Shown here one piece after another: positions 1 to 12,789 of a stretch of 64,000 nt of DNA. The position numbers were made by a program, and so were the translations under genes. The notes below the pieces were generated by a model. It saw only the letters and a program-made list of their open reading frames with translations, was not told the DNA's origin and made no database searches. The stretch is from assembly GCA_028534125.1 (NCBI GenBank), contig CM052817.1, positions 54,190,001 to 54,254,000 of the forward strand. The letters are read 5' to 3'. Each line of letters opens with the position of its first letter. The stretch's first letter is position 1. This DNA comes from Lama glama (taxonomy: Eukaryota).

Positions 1-2461
1 ATTAATTATACCACTGGGTCATAGAATTATAGGATTTTTGCTTTCTGACTTAAATTTGTATGAGGAGAATTATTTGACAATAAAGTAGGTGACACTGCTA
101 ATGACAAAGAAATGTATGAGACTATGTTCTTATGCTTTATCAGTAACCTACAACCTTGATTCCAGGACATTCAGATCACTACAAACTCTAGTATGTGTAG
201 ATGAAATAAACACAGAAAACTTACCGAATGTCACTATGAGAGCCTATTTCTGTACAAAGACCTTTATCTATTACTTTTCAAGAACAACCAGCATATTTCT
301 CTTGCAAATCCTTAGCTAGCCTAGCTTATTTGATCAAATCCTTTATATATAATTTTTCTGATAAAAAGACAATTTTCTATATTTAAAGAATCTAATTCTA
401 ACAATTAACAAACAAAAAAACCTAAATCTGCTATGATGGCAATATAGGGGAAATACAGATTCAAATTAAATAAAATGCAATTATTAACAAAATTTAAAGA
501 GTTTATTTGCAACTTATCAATTAGAAACCTGAAAAAAAGTAGAGAATTAATTAACCCTATTTTTCAACAAGGCCTTATTCTAAGCAGTCATATTAAAATA
601 GATCATAATACAATATTTAGTCTCTTATTTACAAGACAAATCAACGAGACTCTTTCCTGTTGCATTTCACTTTTTTGACTGTTCTTTAAGGAATCATTTC
701 CCAATCAGAATGGAGGAAATAAATACATGAAAAATGTACTCTGGCTATTTATACGAAATTATAAATGCAAGAGCACTATTCTGACATTGAGAGTGAAAGT
801 AAATAGTAATGCAAAGAAGAGGAAAATAGATAATTAGATATTTGTATCTTACATATCAAAATATTTTAAAATTCACTCAACATCAAGTATACAACGGCTA
901 TTCTATTACAGTAACGGTCCTCCCCAAGATCGAGAAATATAAAAAAATAAGAAATGATCTTAAACAGCTCAAATTGTCACAGTATATAAAATCTCAAAAT
1001 TAAAAAAAAAAACTCTATTTTACTCTCAAGGTATACACTTGTTACTCATAGTGTATCACTAAAATAAAAGTCAAATATAACATGTTTTGCAAGTGCAAAG
1101 GCAAAAAAGAAAATTCTTTTCCAATTGCCAACCTATTTACCAAGTGAGCAGGGAAGACTTCTAAACACATTCTTACAAAGGAAGGCTACCAGCAGGAGTA
1201 TTTGTAGTATATTTTGTGATATTAGAGACTACAAAGTTAACTTTTGAAATACATATTTTGAATTTTAGTACCAAATGCTAATGCAGATGGCATCAGATGT
1301 GTTCGCAGTAACCTCATACATCATGACAATGACAAAGATTTTCTATGTAACATCTTTGACCATAAAAATAGTGATATTATTGAAAGCATTACAAATTACC
1401 TGGGCTGGCAAACATTATAAACATTTAAAGGATGATTAATTTCTAAAAATAACAAAGTTAAGTAGAGCTTAGAAGTCAGTTTGTCTTTTTCACAATTAAT
1501 AAAACATGACTTCATAAAAAATTATGTGATAAGATGTTATGTTGTAATTTTGTACTTTCTCAAGCTTCATATCTTGTAAGAGGTTAAAAATGACACATTA
1601 AATAGTATTATAACTGTAAAAATAGATGAATAATTAAATACAAATTACATAAAACATATGGTACTAAATATATATGCATTTGATCATTGTTTTGTCCCTG
1701 TTAAAAACTATTTATAATAATTAACTTCTTGAACATAAATAAAAGGCAGTTTAGCCTGTAAAGTTCATGAATATATATGAACACACATGCAACTCTGACA
1801 AAAAAAATAGATTTGCTGGAAAAAGTACACATGTGTAGTTATAGGAGAATTTTTTGAAATCCTGTATTTTTCTGCAAAAGTACCATAAAAAATACTGTCC
1901 CCCTTTACCCACAGTAAGTTCCAATGATTCTGTTTTCTATCTCTAATTGTGACACAGTTTATAAGTACAGTTTAATTAAGATGAGATGTAGTTAAAATAT
2001 CTGAGCACCTCAATCATCTTTTCAACTCCGAATCCTTTGTGGCTTGGATGACATCCACTCCCCCAACCCCACCATGGATCAGATCTCCTAGTCCAGATCC
2101 TACACTGAACCACAGTATTGGTTTACTGACAATCAGGATGAGTCCCAGGTTCCCATGTTATCACTGGATTTTTGTTCTCCAATTCCCTTTTCTTCCCTTG
2201 TTCCCAACCACATCAATAGAACAAGAAAAAATCTTTTATCTTCATGCAACACTACATTAGTTAACAGCAAAGAACTAGCCATCTGCTCTAGCTGCTTCTC
2301 TTTACTTCTGCCAGGTGTCATTGTATTACAGATAAGGGTTTTATATCTGTACAGGAAGAGGGCACAGTCATGGAAAACAGAAAAAGAGAAATACAGAAGT
2401 ACACAGAGACATAAAATATGGACAGATAAACACAGAACCAGAGACATTTCCTAATTTTTAA

Positions 2462-2463
<2 letters not shown>

Positions 2464-2515
<52 letters not shown>

Positions 2516-2517
2516 CA
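2464..2517. repeat. (TG)n(TA)n compound microsatellite
   Basis: Directly visible. Confidence 0.95.
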
Positions 2518-2664
2518 ACGTGGATGTACTAATTAATTTTGTTTTCTGGCCAGACTTTCTAGGATGATGTGGGAGATTATTCAACTAATATAAATATTAC
2601 TCAGAATTAATTCTTTAGCTTAGTTTCTAATTTGACCCTTAAAGAAACCATGCAAAAAATGGAT

Positions 2665-2770
2665 CACTGACAATTATATGCTACCAATTATGTACTACTA
2701 CCACTGACAATTATATATTTTCATCACTGAAAATTATATACCATACTATTATATACTGACTGTTATATAC
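2665..2770. repeat. Degenerate minisatellite, core CACTGACAATTATAT x4
   Basis: Copies near 2665, 2702, 2726 (CACTGAAAATTATAT) and 2754 (TACTGACTGTTATAT). Confidence 0.7.
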
Positions 2771-2984
2771 TAAGCCTTTCTACATACCAGTTTGATAATT
2801 TTTTTTTTGGTACTAGTATTAAGAAATTTCTGGCAAAACCTAAATGCTTAGGTTCAAGTAGTAAAACATTTCAATTCTCAGGATAAGAACAAGGATAATT
2901 ATGCATTTTTCCTTATCTAAAACTGAGAATGTTAGTTCTATTTCAAGGTAGGTAAGGGTGATAAAATAAAATATAAAGATCTAC

Positions 2985-3280
2985 CAAATGCCAAGCACTA
3001 TGTTAGAAGCTGTACATGTATTATTCCATCCATTTCTTAAAATAACTGCATGGAGTAAGTGTTCATCTGTGCAGATGAAAAGTAGGCTTACACATTTTTA
3101 AGTTACTGTAAGCTTCTTGAGGAAAGAATTAAGGATTCTTTATTCACTACCATATCTTTAGCAGCTAGCACAGTTTTCTGGCTCATAGTGGGTGATAAAT
3201 ATGTGTCAACTAGTTTACCAAGTAACAGTGTTACAGAGCTGGTAGAGGGCAGAGCTAAAATTTTATCTCAGGTCTGTCAG
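2985..3280. mobile_element. MIR and L2 fragments
   Basis: tgccaagcactatgttagaagc...gcagatgaaaag (MIR-like); gcagctagcacagtttctggctcatagtggg (L2 3' end-like). Confidence 0.55.
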
Positions 3281-4301
3281 ACTCAAAGGCCAGTCTGTCT
3301 GTGTCCAGAACACAGAAGAGGCAGGTGCTTTAGCTTTCTGCCTCACCTGCTCCCCAATGCCCAGGAGAGTTGAGGTGGGATTTGCTGTAGGGAAAAATGG
3401 CCTTGATAGGAATTGATCAGCGGCATTAAGACTAGAGCTCAATAAGCTAGGTTCTTCATTTTCAAGCCTCTCTGGGTCTCATGTGTAACTTTAGTCAACT
3501 TCCTTTGCCACTCGGTACCCCAATAACTTTACTATAAAAAGTTAATGATGATGATCATAATAAATAATATTAAAACTAGGAGAATATTGTGAGAATTAGT
3601 TGTACCAATACACCCGAAGTTTATGGCGATAGAATTAGTAGTCATCATTATTATTTACTCTGGAGGAAAGGCCAGCAACTCAGGCCATACCCAGGAAAGT
3701 TAATTCTCTGTGGACTGGAGGACCAATGAAGCTGGGCATCTCAACAACAGTAGGGCAAGGAGATGCTATCAAGGGATGATCTGGAAACAAGAGTAGTTCT
3801 ATAACTGAGACATCCCTTTTGACTCAATCCTGTAAGGTTTCAAGTTATATGGTATTCCTCTCAACCAGGACCGGTGGGGACTCCAAAAATGTCCATCCTA
3901 TTAGATTTCAGCACTGATCAAAGGTACACATGTTCCTGTTTATGAGCAAGCTGGGTTCCGAAAAGCTGTTCATGTGAAGCCCTTTACTTGTAAGTCCAAA
4001 GTGGTATCACAAAGGCAGTGGAGAAAGCCTTCCATAGAAAGCAGACAAACTGAGTTGCATTTTCTCCAGTGCAAAGTGTTAAAATATTTACAACAAAGTA
4101 ATAAAAACAAAGTTTCTAAGTAGAAGCTTCCATATTGTTTAGTCTCATACGGTTCAAAGTCAAGATAATATAAAGTAGTTCATGTAAAATGGGAAAAAAA
4201 TACTTTTGTTTTTAGCCAAAAATATTTTGTATACCAGGTCAATATTATATGTGCCCACTTAGGAGTTTTTAAATACTTCTCAGTGTTGCTTGGAGAGACT
4301 C

Positions 4302-4322
4302 TGTGTGTGTGTGTGTGTGTGT
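4302..4322. repeat. (TG)n microsatellite
   Basis: Directly visible. Confidence 0.95.
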
Positions 4323-5921
4323 TTAATACAGATCTCAAGACCCATGATCTAAGGCTCAGCCATGTTTTGGGCCCACTGAAATACATAGCAGGTGTCAGTT
4401 TTTGAAGACCAGAAATTTCACCTCTGACAAGAGTCTTTCTTACAATGCCTGATTCTGCCATTTTTTAACCTACCTTACTCTAATAGTGTATTTTAAATTG
4501 ACTTTTTAAACATGCATTGTACATATACATGGAGATTTTTTCTGAATATCAACATCAAATGAAACAGCTCTCATGATTAGCTAATTCCTGGTTGTTAAAA
4601 CTTACTGGAACAGAAATAAACTGGAGAGGCAGACAGTATAATGAATGAAATTAACATGTTCAAGCACTTAATAGATATTAAGTCATGCACTGTGCTAGAT
4701 TCTTTACTTATGCTTTTTACTTAATCCTCAAAATAACCTTAAGTGAGACATTTTTATAACATCAAAAAGCTAATTAGAATCATCTTGAGATATACTGATA
4801 ATTAGAAAGCACTTGTTTAAAGTGACAGAAATCTTGTATTGTCCCATACCACAAAATATTATACATGCCCAAGTACATGAATGTATAAATGCTGCACTGG
4901 TATAAGAATTAAAGGGAAATTTTGACAAATTTACATTGTTGGTAAAACTAGGTGGTAATGTAACTAATTTTTTTAAAGCACTATCTCATAGTGATTTGTT
5001 AGAAATAAATGTGTTAAAATCAGGGCAACTTTAGAGGAAATGTCAAAAGAGGCAAGTAATTTTATCCAGTTTTTTGACAGCAGAATGCAATTCATGTTGA
5101 AATTATGAATATGAGCCAAATTTAGAATCGCATCACTGAAAAATAACAATAGATTTCTGTAGTCAATTAAAAACCAAAAGTGAGCTAAAGGGGCTAAAAA
5201 TTCATTTCAGCTGCTTCATACACTATAATATTCTGAGACCTCCTAAGCAGTGACAAATACACCTGTGCCCCTTTTTCTTTGCTCTAATTACCATTAACAT
5301 ATGAGATAGTGATTATAATATGCCATTTTCATCTTAGTATAAAACCAATAATAATTAGTACAAAATTTTTAATTGGGAAAAAGAAACATACATATAGACT
5401 TTAATTTGCCAACTTTTAGAGAGATTCATTGAGTACCATACTAAGTGGCACATAATTTGTCTTGTTTATTTATTGAATAATTATATATTCTATAAAATTT
5501 TCCAAAGGAGTTATTTCTTGATTACTTAATTTGACAGTAGATTTTTGGGCTGTTTTCTTTCAAATGTGCACACTTACTATATTAAAAGTGATATTTAACT
5601 ACAAAAATAGGTAAAAGAAAAAATTCATAATAAATGATAAGGTTAATAATTTAGATTAATTTAGATCCTTAAGAGTGGTAAAACAAAGAATAAAACATGT
5701 AAAATTTATTTTAAAAAACCTTTCATTGTACATACATTTCAAATGGTACTTTAAGAAATCAAAGTCATATTTATTGCAGCTTAAGGTATATAACTTACTG
5801 CTATTAATATATGGTAGGCAAAAGCTGCAAAATCATAGAGCAAAGATTTAGAAGGAAGGGTCTAGTGTGAAAAACTGGGACAACATTAAGCACCACACAA
5901 AAATCAAATTAAAGTTCTTAC

Positions 5922-5976
5922 CGTGAACAGTCGGTGCTAAGAGCATCATGCAGACTAATAGCTGTGATGGCCACAT
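5922..5976 (-). CDS. ADGRL3: First coding segment (signal peptide) of adhesion GPCR L3 / latrophilin-3, or a close paralogous copy
   Basis: ATG at 5976 in ACAACCATGT context (A at -3) gives MWPSQLLVCMMLLAPTVH plus 1 nt, then donor CACG|GTAAGA (phase 1). Matches recalled human MWPSQLLIFMMLLAPIIH and cattle MWPSQLLVFMMLLAPIIH, where this exon also ends after 55 coding nt. Confidence 0.8.
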
Positions 5977-6139
5977 GGTTGTGTACTTGGGCATGAGTGC
6001 CTCAAGAGTGTGCCAGACTTGAAATGAAATAAATGTCTTTCTGATTCTTCTTCTGTATTCCAAGACTGATGATTAAAAAAAAAAACTCAAAAAGAAATAT
6101 TCCTCAGAAACAGAAACACCAATATCCCAAATCTGAATC
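5922..6139 (-). other. ADGRL3: Full ATG-containing exon (163 nt 5' UTR + 55 nt CDS)
   Basis: Acceptor cttttttttttcttgtttatag|GATTCAGATTTGGGATATTGGTGTTTCTG at 6139, donor at 5922. UTR motifs GATTCAGATTTGGGATATTGGTG and AATCATCAGTCTTGGAATACAGAAG agree with my recollection of the ADGRL3 mRNA. Confidence 0.78.
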
Positions 6140-6709
6140 CTATAAACAAGAAAAAAAAAAGGGTTATCAATTACAGCAGTTTTCTTATTACCTTGAAAGT
6201 TTCTTTCCTGACTAGAGCATCTTTATACCTCCTCTCTTCTTCATTTTAACGAATACACGCATTAAATATAAAAATGAGTAAGTAACCTAAAGGACATTAT
6301 TTATGCATGAATTACTACAGTGCTTATTTCCCAGTCCCCACACTGACTGGAATGAATAATCCAGTCATACTGGACAAATTAATATGACTATCCAGTATTA
6401 TTTTATATAATAATAATTAATTTCTATAATTTATTAATATGTTTAAATAGATCTGGTACTTATTCTGTAAACATTTTCCCAAATATAATTGTTACTAATA
6501 TTAGAAAGGTAAAAAAAAATCATTCAGTATCATTACTCTGTGTTTAAACAAAAAAAGTTAAATAAATGAGTCTTACTTTCATTCCAGGTCCTGATAATCA
6601 CTCAGAAAATATTCTACATATTAATTATATTACTGTTCTAAATATCTTTGTAATTACACTTGTGAAGATCATAGATTTATGTTGATTAATTATGCTCAAC
6701 CATAATCAA

Positions 6710-6830
6710 TGCATTCAACATAACTTTATTGAGTGCCCACTGCAATACAAAGCACCAGGCTAGGAACATAGGATAGAATAAAGAATAAAACACACAACCT
6801 ATTATCCAGGATCCTACAACTTAAAATGAG
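6710..6830 (-). mobile_element. L2 3' end fragment
   Basis: cattcaacataactttattgagtgcccactgcaatacaaagcaccaggctagg resembles the reverse complement of the L2 tail. Confidence 0.6.
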
Positions 6831-7296
6831 GAGTCTTGCTTAAAAGTGTTGAATATATATGGAAGACATTAAAAACCTTCAGCATTAAAGCAGTTTTACT
6901 GAACCAAACTGATACAGCTGCTTGCAAAACGATCTATACAGACTTGTCCTAGGAAGTGAAAATAGTGAAGGAACCTGACCCAACTTTTGAAGATGTTGTC
7001 TTTCATAGCATCTTTAAAACTGATTAACCAACTATACACTGGGACTTCCTTCCTTTTCTTTCTTTTCTTCTCTTTCTCTCTCCTTTCTCTTCTGGTGGCT
7101 TATATATATTTAAAATAATTTCATATTTTGGTACAAATTTAAAATTGTTCTGGAAGGGGATATTCAGAATAGAGTTTACTGTGGATTATATTAATAAGCC
7201 ATGTTCTAAAGAAATACATTCCAAAATATTTAACTGCTTGTCTTCATTATAAGACAAAATTACACAGACTTATCTGAATTTCTGGCATTGTTATTC

Positions 7297-7560
7297 ACAG
7301 CATGGTAATTAAGAGCACACATTCTGAAGCAAGACCACCTAATTTCAGTTATTAGCTGCACTAGTACTATGACCTTGGGCAAATCATTTAAACACTCAGT
7401 CCTTGGTTTCCTATCTGTTAGTGGTGAGAGAGTAATATTACTTAATTCATATGATTATATGGACATTTAATGAACTAAAATTTGTCATTTTAATTATATA
7501 AAATATGTAAAAATATGCACTGCCCACAATAGTGTCTATTATGTGATAAGTGCTATATGT
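7297..7560 (+). mobile_element. MIR SINE
   Basis: ggtaattaagagcacacattctgaagcaagac...tgaccttgggcaaatcatttaaac...ttggtttcctatctg. Confidence 0.75.
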
Positions 7561-8419
7561 CCTAACAATTATTATGTATCTCATCAGTTTTTACTTTTAT
7601 CCTACTCATATTCTTTAACATGGATGTGTAAGAAGCTAGATAATTCAATCCCAAAATACTTACTGAGTCACTATTGTAAAGACCGGCTCAGAGAATACTA
7701 AATTTGGAAACAACAAATCAAATAATTTTCTTCCTAATCTCACAGATATTATAAAAAAAAAAGCTCATAATGGACACTTTCATAACACTTAACAAATAGA
7801 GAAAGAATTGACAAGAAAAAACTGATTGAGATAAAACAAATTCTGTGAAAATGATTCATAAGCAGCATTTTCCTTTCATTTTCTTTATTCACACTCTGAC
7901 TTACTAGAAAATATTTAGAATATTCTTAATTGCCACAAATGCTATATATGTAAAACTCTTTCAGAAAATAAATTTGAAAGCAGATGCTAATTTAAAAGTG
8001 CATTCTTTAACATGCATGTAACAATTAATAGATACTTATAGATACTTAAAATGACTGATGCATCAACAAGTAAAGAACTGCCCCCATCCCTCAACACTCA
8101 GTTACTGTCCTTTTTTTCCTCTGTAACTACAGCATCAAAAGACATGTGTATACACACTAACATATGCACAAACACAGACACATATGTATGTCAGATAAAT
8201 ATATACAGAACTATTTTGCAACTGAAAAAAACTGAGGGCAGGCATCTAGGTGAGTTATTTATTCATTATTTCAAAAATACATACTAAATATCTACCATGG
8301 TGGGTATTACTAAGATTGCAAATTACTAGAACAATTTTTTTCACAACTCCCACTGTAATGCGAAAAACAGAACACAGTAAATGAAGTCTCCATATAAAGA
8401 GAAGAATTAACATTTTTTT

Positions 8420-8600
8420 AGTTCGTATCATATGCCAAGCAATGTTCTAGATGATATTATACGATTATGTGATTTAATTCTCCATACACATCTATAAGGC
8501 AGATGATACTGTCTCCTGTTTACCGAAGAGGAAAATCAGACACGATACTCAGCAAGAATTTCAAACCAAATGTCTGACTCCATCATCAGTGCTCTTTCCT
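8420..8600 (-). mobile_element. MIR SINE
   Basis: tatgccaagcaatgttctag...tttaattctc...tttaccgaagaggaaaatcaga. Confidence 0.6.
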
Positions 8601-9879
8601 CTCTCTGTGGTAGAAACAAACAAGAAAATGTAAGAGAGTGATTAGGGGTATTAATTATGCAAAGGAAGGGGACAAGGTAGCAAGTTTCCAAGGAAGACTT
8701 AGGCCTTGCTTAAATACGTTACTTGATCGTGAAGAGTGAAGAATAGGAGGACAGCACAGATAAATGAGGTAGGCGTGGAGGGACAAAGAGAAAGGGAAGA
8801 AAGACATGTTCAAAAAGGAAAACAGCCTAATTACAGCATTGTACCTTTGGAGGAGCCAAAAGATTATCTCCATGATGAAACAGGAGTATTGCTATTGTCA
8901 ACTTCAGTCTGGCTTTAGTGAAAACCAGAACCATTTATCTCATATGATATAATATATTTTCACCTTGATGAAGCAATGGGAGAAAGTTACTTTAAAGAAA
9001 GAATAAGAAAATGCTTATCTATTATTTGTAACAATGGCTTATTTTAAGATAGCACAGCAGGGCATAAAACCATGGTACTAAGATTATTCTGTATTTGATT
9101 TGGGCATAAAAGTTTGTTCTCATGACGACTGGAAACAGAGGTGGGGAAAGGAATTCAGATGAACAGAAGCTATTATATGAGGAGGGTAACATGTCCTCAC
9201 ACTCTAGCCTCATCCCTAACCCGATTTCTCACCCTATACAGCCCCAAAATAACGTGCTAATTCGGGGGTATATTTAATAAAATTGCAATAATTAAAATAC
9301 ATACATTTTAATAAATAATTTGTAAGATGAAATTGTTCATAACCTACAGAAAGATAAACCACCACTCTCTAAATGTTAACATAAAAAAAGAAAGAAAAGT
9401 TTCTGGGATGATTTTTCTCCAATTTATGTGTTGTCATTAACTTCACCAAACCAATCGGTTCTCATACAAAAGGGATTTTCACTCATTTCTGAAATATAGC
9501 TCTTCAAAACATAAAGAAAAAAAAACAAGAAAAGACATTAGGGACTCATTAAGTCACATATGACAAGATAATTACTCATAAAAAGATATACCAATGATAT
9601 AAAGCATTTAACAAGTCAATTTCAACATGTTTCCATTTCCAATAAAATTTCTTTAGCCTCCTCCACGTACAAGCCCTGCACTAACACTATGGTCAAGTGA
9701 GGAAGCGTGGCTATATGTCTAAAATAGGATCACCACTGTAAAACAATGTGCAGTAAAACATGGATGCTAGAAGGTATAGTCACCAATAATTATAGTGCTG
9801 TGCAAAATGTGTAATGTGTTCCATGAGATGTTCTAGAAACACACAGTAAAAAACTGCCAGACTTTCTTTTGTGTGTAAC

Positions 9880-10040
9880 AGCAAGAGATTTAAAAGCATG
9901 CAGACTGAATATTCTGGTGCTGGTCAAGTTTGCAAACTTCTCTGAATCTCAGTTTCTTCAACTATAAAAGAGAGAATAATATTCCCCTTGTAGGTAGATT
10001 GTGAGGATTGGCGGTAACGTAAATTATTGTCTGATGCAGA
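9880..10040 (+). mobile_element. MIR SINE
   Basis: ttctctgaatctcagtttcttcaactataaaag...gattgtgaggatt core. Confidence 0.65.
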
Positions 10041-12789
10041 GATGTCATGTGATTGTACATGCCTGTTAATGCATGTCTCTCATTCACCAGTTCCTTTCTT
10101 TCCTTAATTCTCTCAATATTGACAAATAGACCATTTGCCTGACTCCCATCTGTCTCACTTACAAATTCAGGAAACTAATAACATACTCTCTTTGAGAGAA
10201 ATGAACACTCTCCTAGAGAATTCTATGCATACTCTCCTTGAGAATTCCAACGGCTGAAAGATGGATACTAAAATAATGTGAGGGTCTATAAAAAAGGATT
10301 TTTCTGTATGCTTCTCTTCTTTAAAATATATTTTATTATTTAAGCTACTAGTTTCCATTAATAAATCAGCATATTAAATGATTTAGAAATTATTATTGAA
10401 GGATGATGTTTCTAAATTTTATCAAAGATTATCACAATATGGGGAACATTTTTGCATGGTACCCCGTCTAAAACTTGAAAGGAATATATTTCTAGTGTAG
10501 ACCTTGATTTGGTACTTGGAGTTTATATGTCCTCCAACAAAACTATCTAACTTAACTTCACTACTCTTCACAATATTCAAAATTTAAAAGTGAGGTTGAT
10601 TAAAGCATCCTAATTTATATTATTAATATTTAAGATTATAATTATGAAACTGTGTAATTTGACTCAAGTTTCACTAAATGTTAAAAAAATCACAACATGG
10701 AAAGATAATCTATAAATGTTATATGTAAATAAAGTCTTTGATCATAAACTACATGGAAAATTCTTTACATTACATTTAGACTAAATTCCATTCATATTTA
10801 GCACAATAATTTTGAGAACATATTTAAATTTTTTATTGCTGAAACAAAATTTCTTCTAAATTTAAAACATCGATTTTTTTACTTTGGGGAAACTCTTTCC
10901 TTAAATTCTGGTGTCATAATTCATTTTTCCCATTTAACTTTTTCATATACCCTTCTCAAATCATATTTGAAAACTTCCATTTTTATATTTGGTTTCTTTC
11001 TACACTCTAAAGATTAGTATTAGAATCTGAGTTACAAGTCGTCCTGGAATTGTTACTTCTATTTCAGCTGCTCTTAATCACATGTCTATTAGACAACTTA
11101 CTCTCAATCTCTTCCCAAAGTAAATTGCATGTTATCATTATACCTTCCTCCTCATAATAACCTAGACAAGATACTATAATAACTTTTCAATAATAATTTT
11201 ACATCTTGTCACCTATTAAATGTTCGCTTATTAGCAATTTTGCTAACTCCAAATTTGATTCCTTATCAACCATACAAAATTTTAACCCATATTTTAATTT
11301 GCATATTTACATATTTTTGCCATATTAGTCTTTTTAGAGTTCGATGGGTTTTTTTAAACATGTTTGGCACATGCCAAATGTATAAAATGCCTTGTGGAAC
11401 TATTTAAATAATTAATTGGTATATAGTCTTATATAACCCCATTGTTAAATATAATTTCACAGTTTCCCATTTAGCATTTTTTCCCTCATTCAAAATAGGG
11501 AAACTGTAGTCACTTTCTCAAAAAAAAAAAAAACCCAAAAAACCAAACAAAACCTCCACCTTTAGAAGTGTTTATAAATATTGCTTGAATGTTACCTCTA
11601 TTCTGCCAAGGCTATTTGATGGATTTTGAAATTTAAATGATTTCAAACTACATTCATTAACAAACCAAATATTAACTTTTTATCTATATAAAACTGGTAT
11701 GTGGTAACTCATGAAAAGTGATGTAAGTTTCAAAAAGTTTAACAGTTATTTCAACATTTGTCACTAACTTAACGAGTAAAGCAAATATCTGTTATCATAA
11801 CAGAACATCTAGTTAAACATGATTTATGTGCACAAAGCTCACTACATCCATAAATAAGAGTCATCCATATTAACCAAAAGTGTCAAATATTTCTGAGAAA
11901 TATTCATTTATAAGGCTGAAAAATTTTCATCTAGAGTATTTAACTATGCATAGATGCTTAGATGAGATTTAATGCTCAGTATTCAAATTTAAGGTGGCAG
12001 TATTTCCATGATTTACTAATATTGCATAATCATAAGCACATATACATCAATACTCCATAGTCCATGCCCTATCAAATGATGGATGCCATTTAGTCTCCAA
12101 AGAAATGTCTTCCCTAAATGGTTCAAAATGGAAGACCCCTTCTGATGTGAATGATGTTCTATGATATTAATTCTTAGGGAGAAGAAGTAGGGCAGCAAGA
12201 TGAAAAATTAGATGACTATAACACAACTTCCTGGCATCACCATGCTATAAAATGTTAAAATCTTTGGTGTAATGATCACTAGGTAGAAGCAAACAAGTTT
12301 TAAAGGAGTCTAGACTGAGTAAACTAGATACTGTTTTTTAAATGTTAAATGTAATTTACAATGTCTAAAACCTAAAATATACTTTAAAAAAAGTTTTCTT
12401 GTTGTTTGCTAAAAACATTACATATATTACTTCTCAACTGAGAGTGCATGTGAGTGTGCTATGGATTGTAAAGCACTTTATTTTGGGTCCTACTATTGTT
12501 CATACTTTAAAAATAATTAAACACTTTCTCAACATTTTGGCTCTGAAAACCAAAGCACTACAATAAGTTTCAAGGATCTTTCCTTTCGTTCAATGTTTAC
12601 GGAGTCAAAGAACCTTATATTAAATAACTATTGAAAAGTACTTAATTATGGAGTCTATTTGGTAGCAGTAAGGTGCTGAGTGCTTCTTAGTAAATACTTT
12701 CTTAAATAGTGCTAGATCCCCTTGGAGATTCATAGAGGACAAATTCTCAATCACCTCATTTAATATTTTCAATAAATATTAAATTCAAT

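Noticed and set aside
2665..2770. CRISPR-like spaced repeats
   Set aside because: Irregular short spacers, degenerate units, mammalian context, no cas genes; a minisatellite.
2874..2930. Imperfect hairpin ATTCTCAG-GATAAG / CTTATC-CTGAGAAT
   Set aside because: The right arm is a MIR core motif and the stem has a large bulge; not a credible pre-miRNA.
10185..10250. Short tandem duplication (ACTCTCC.(T/A)GAGAATTC)
   Set aside because: Small degenerate local duplication with no further structure.
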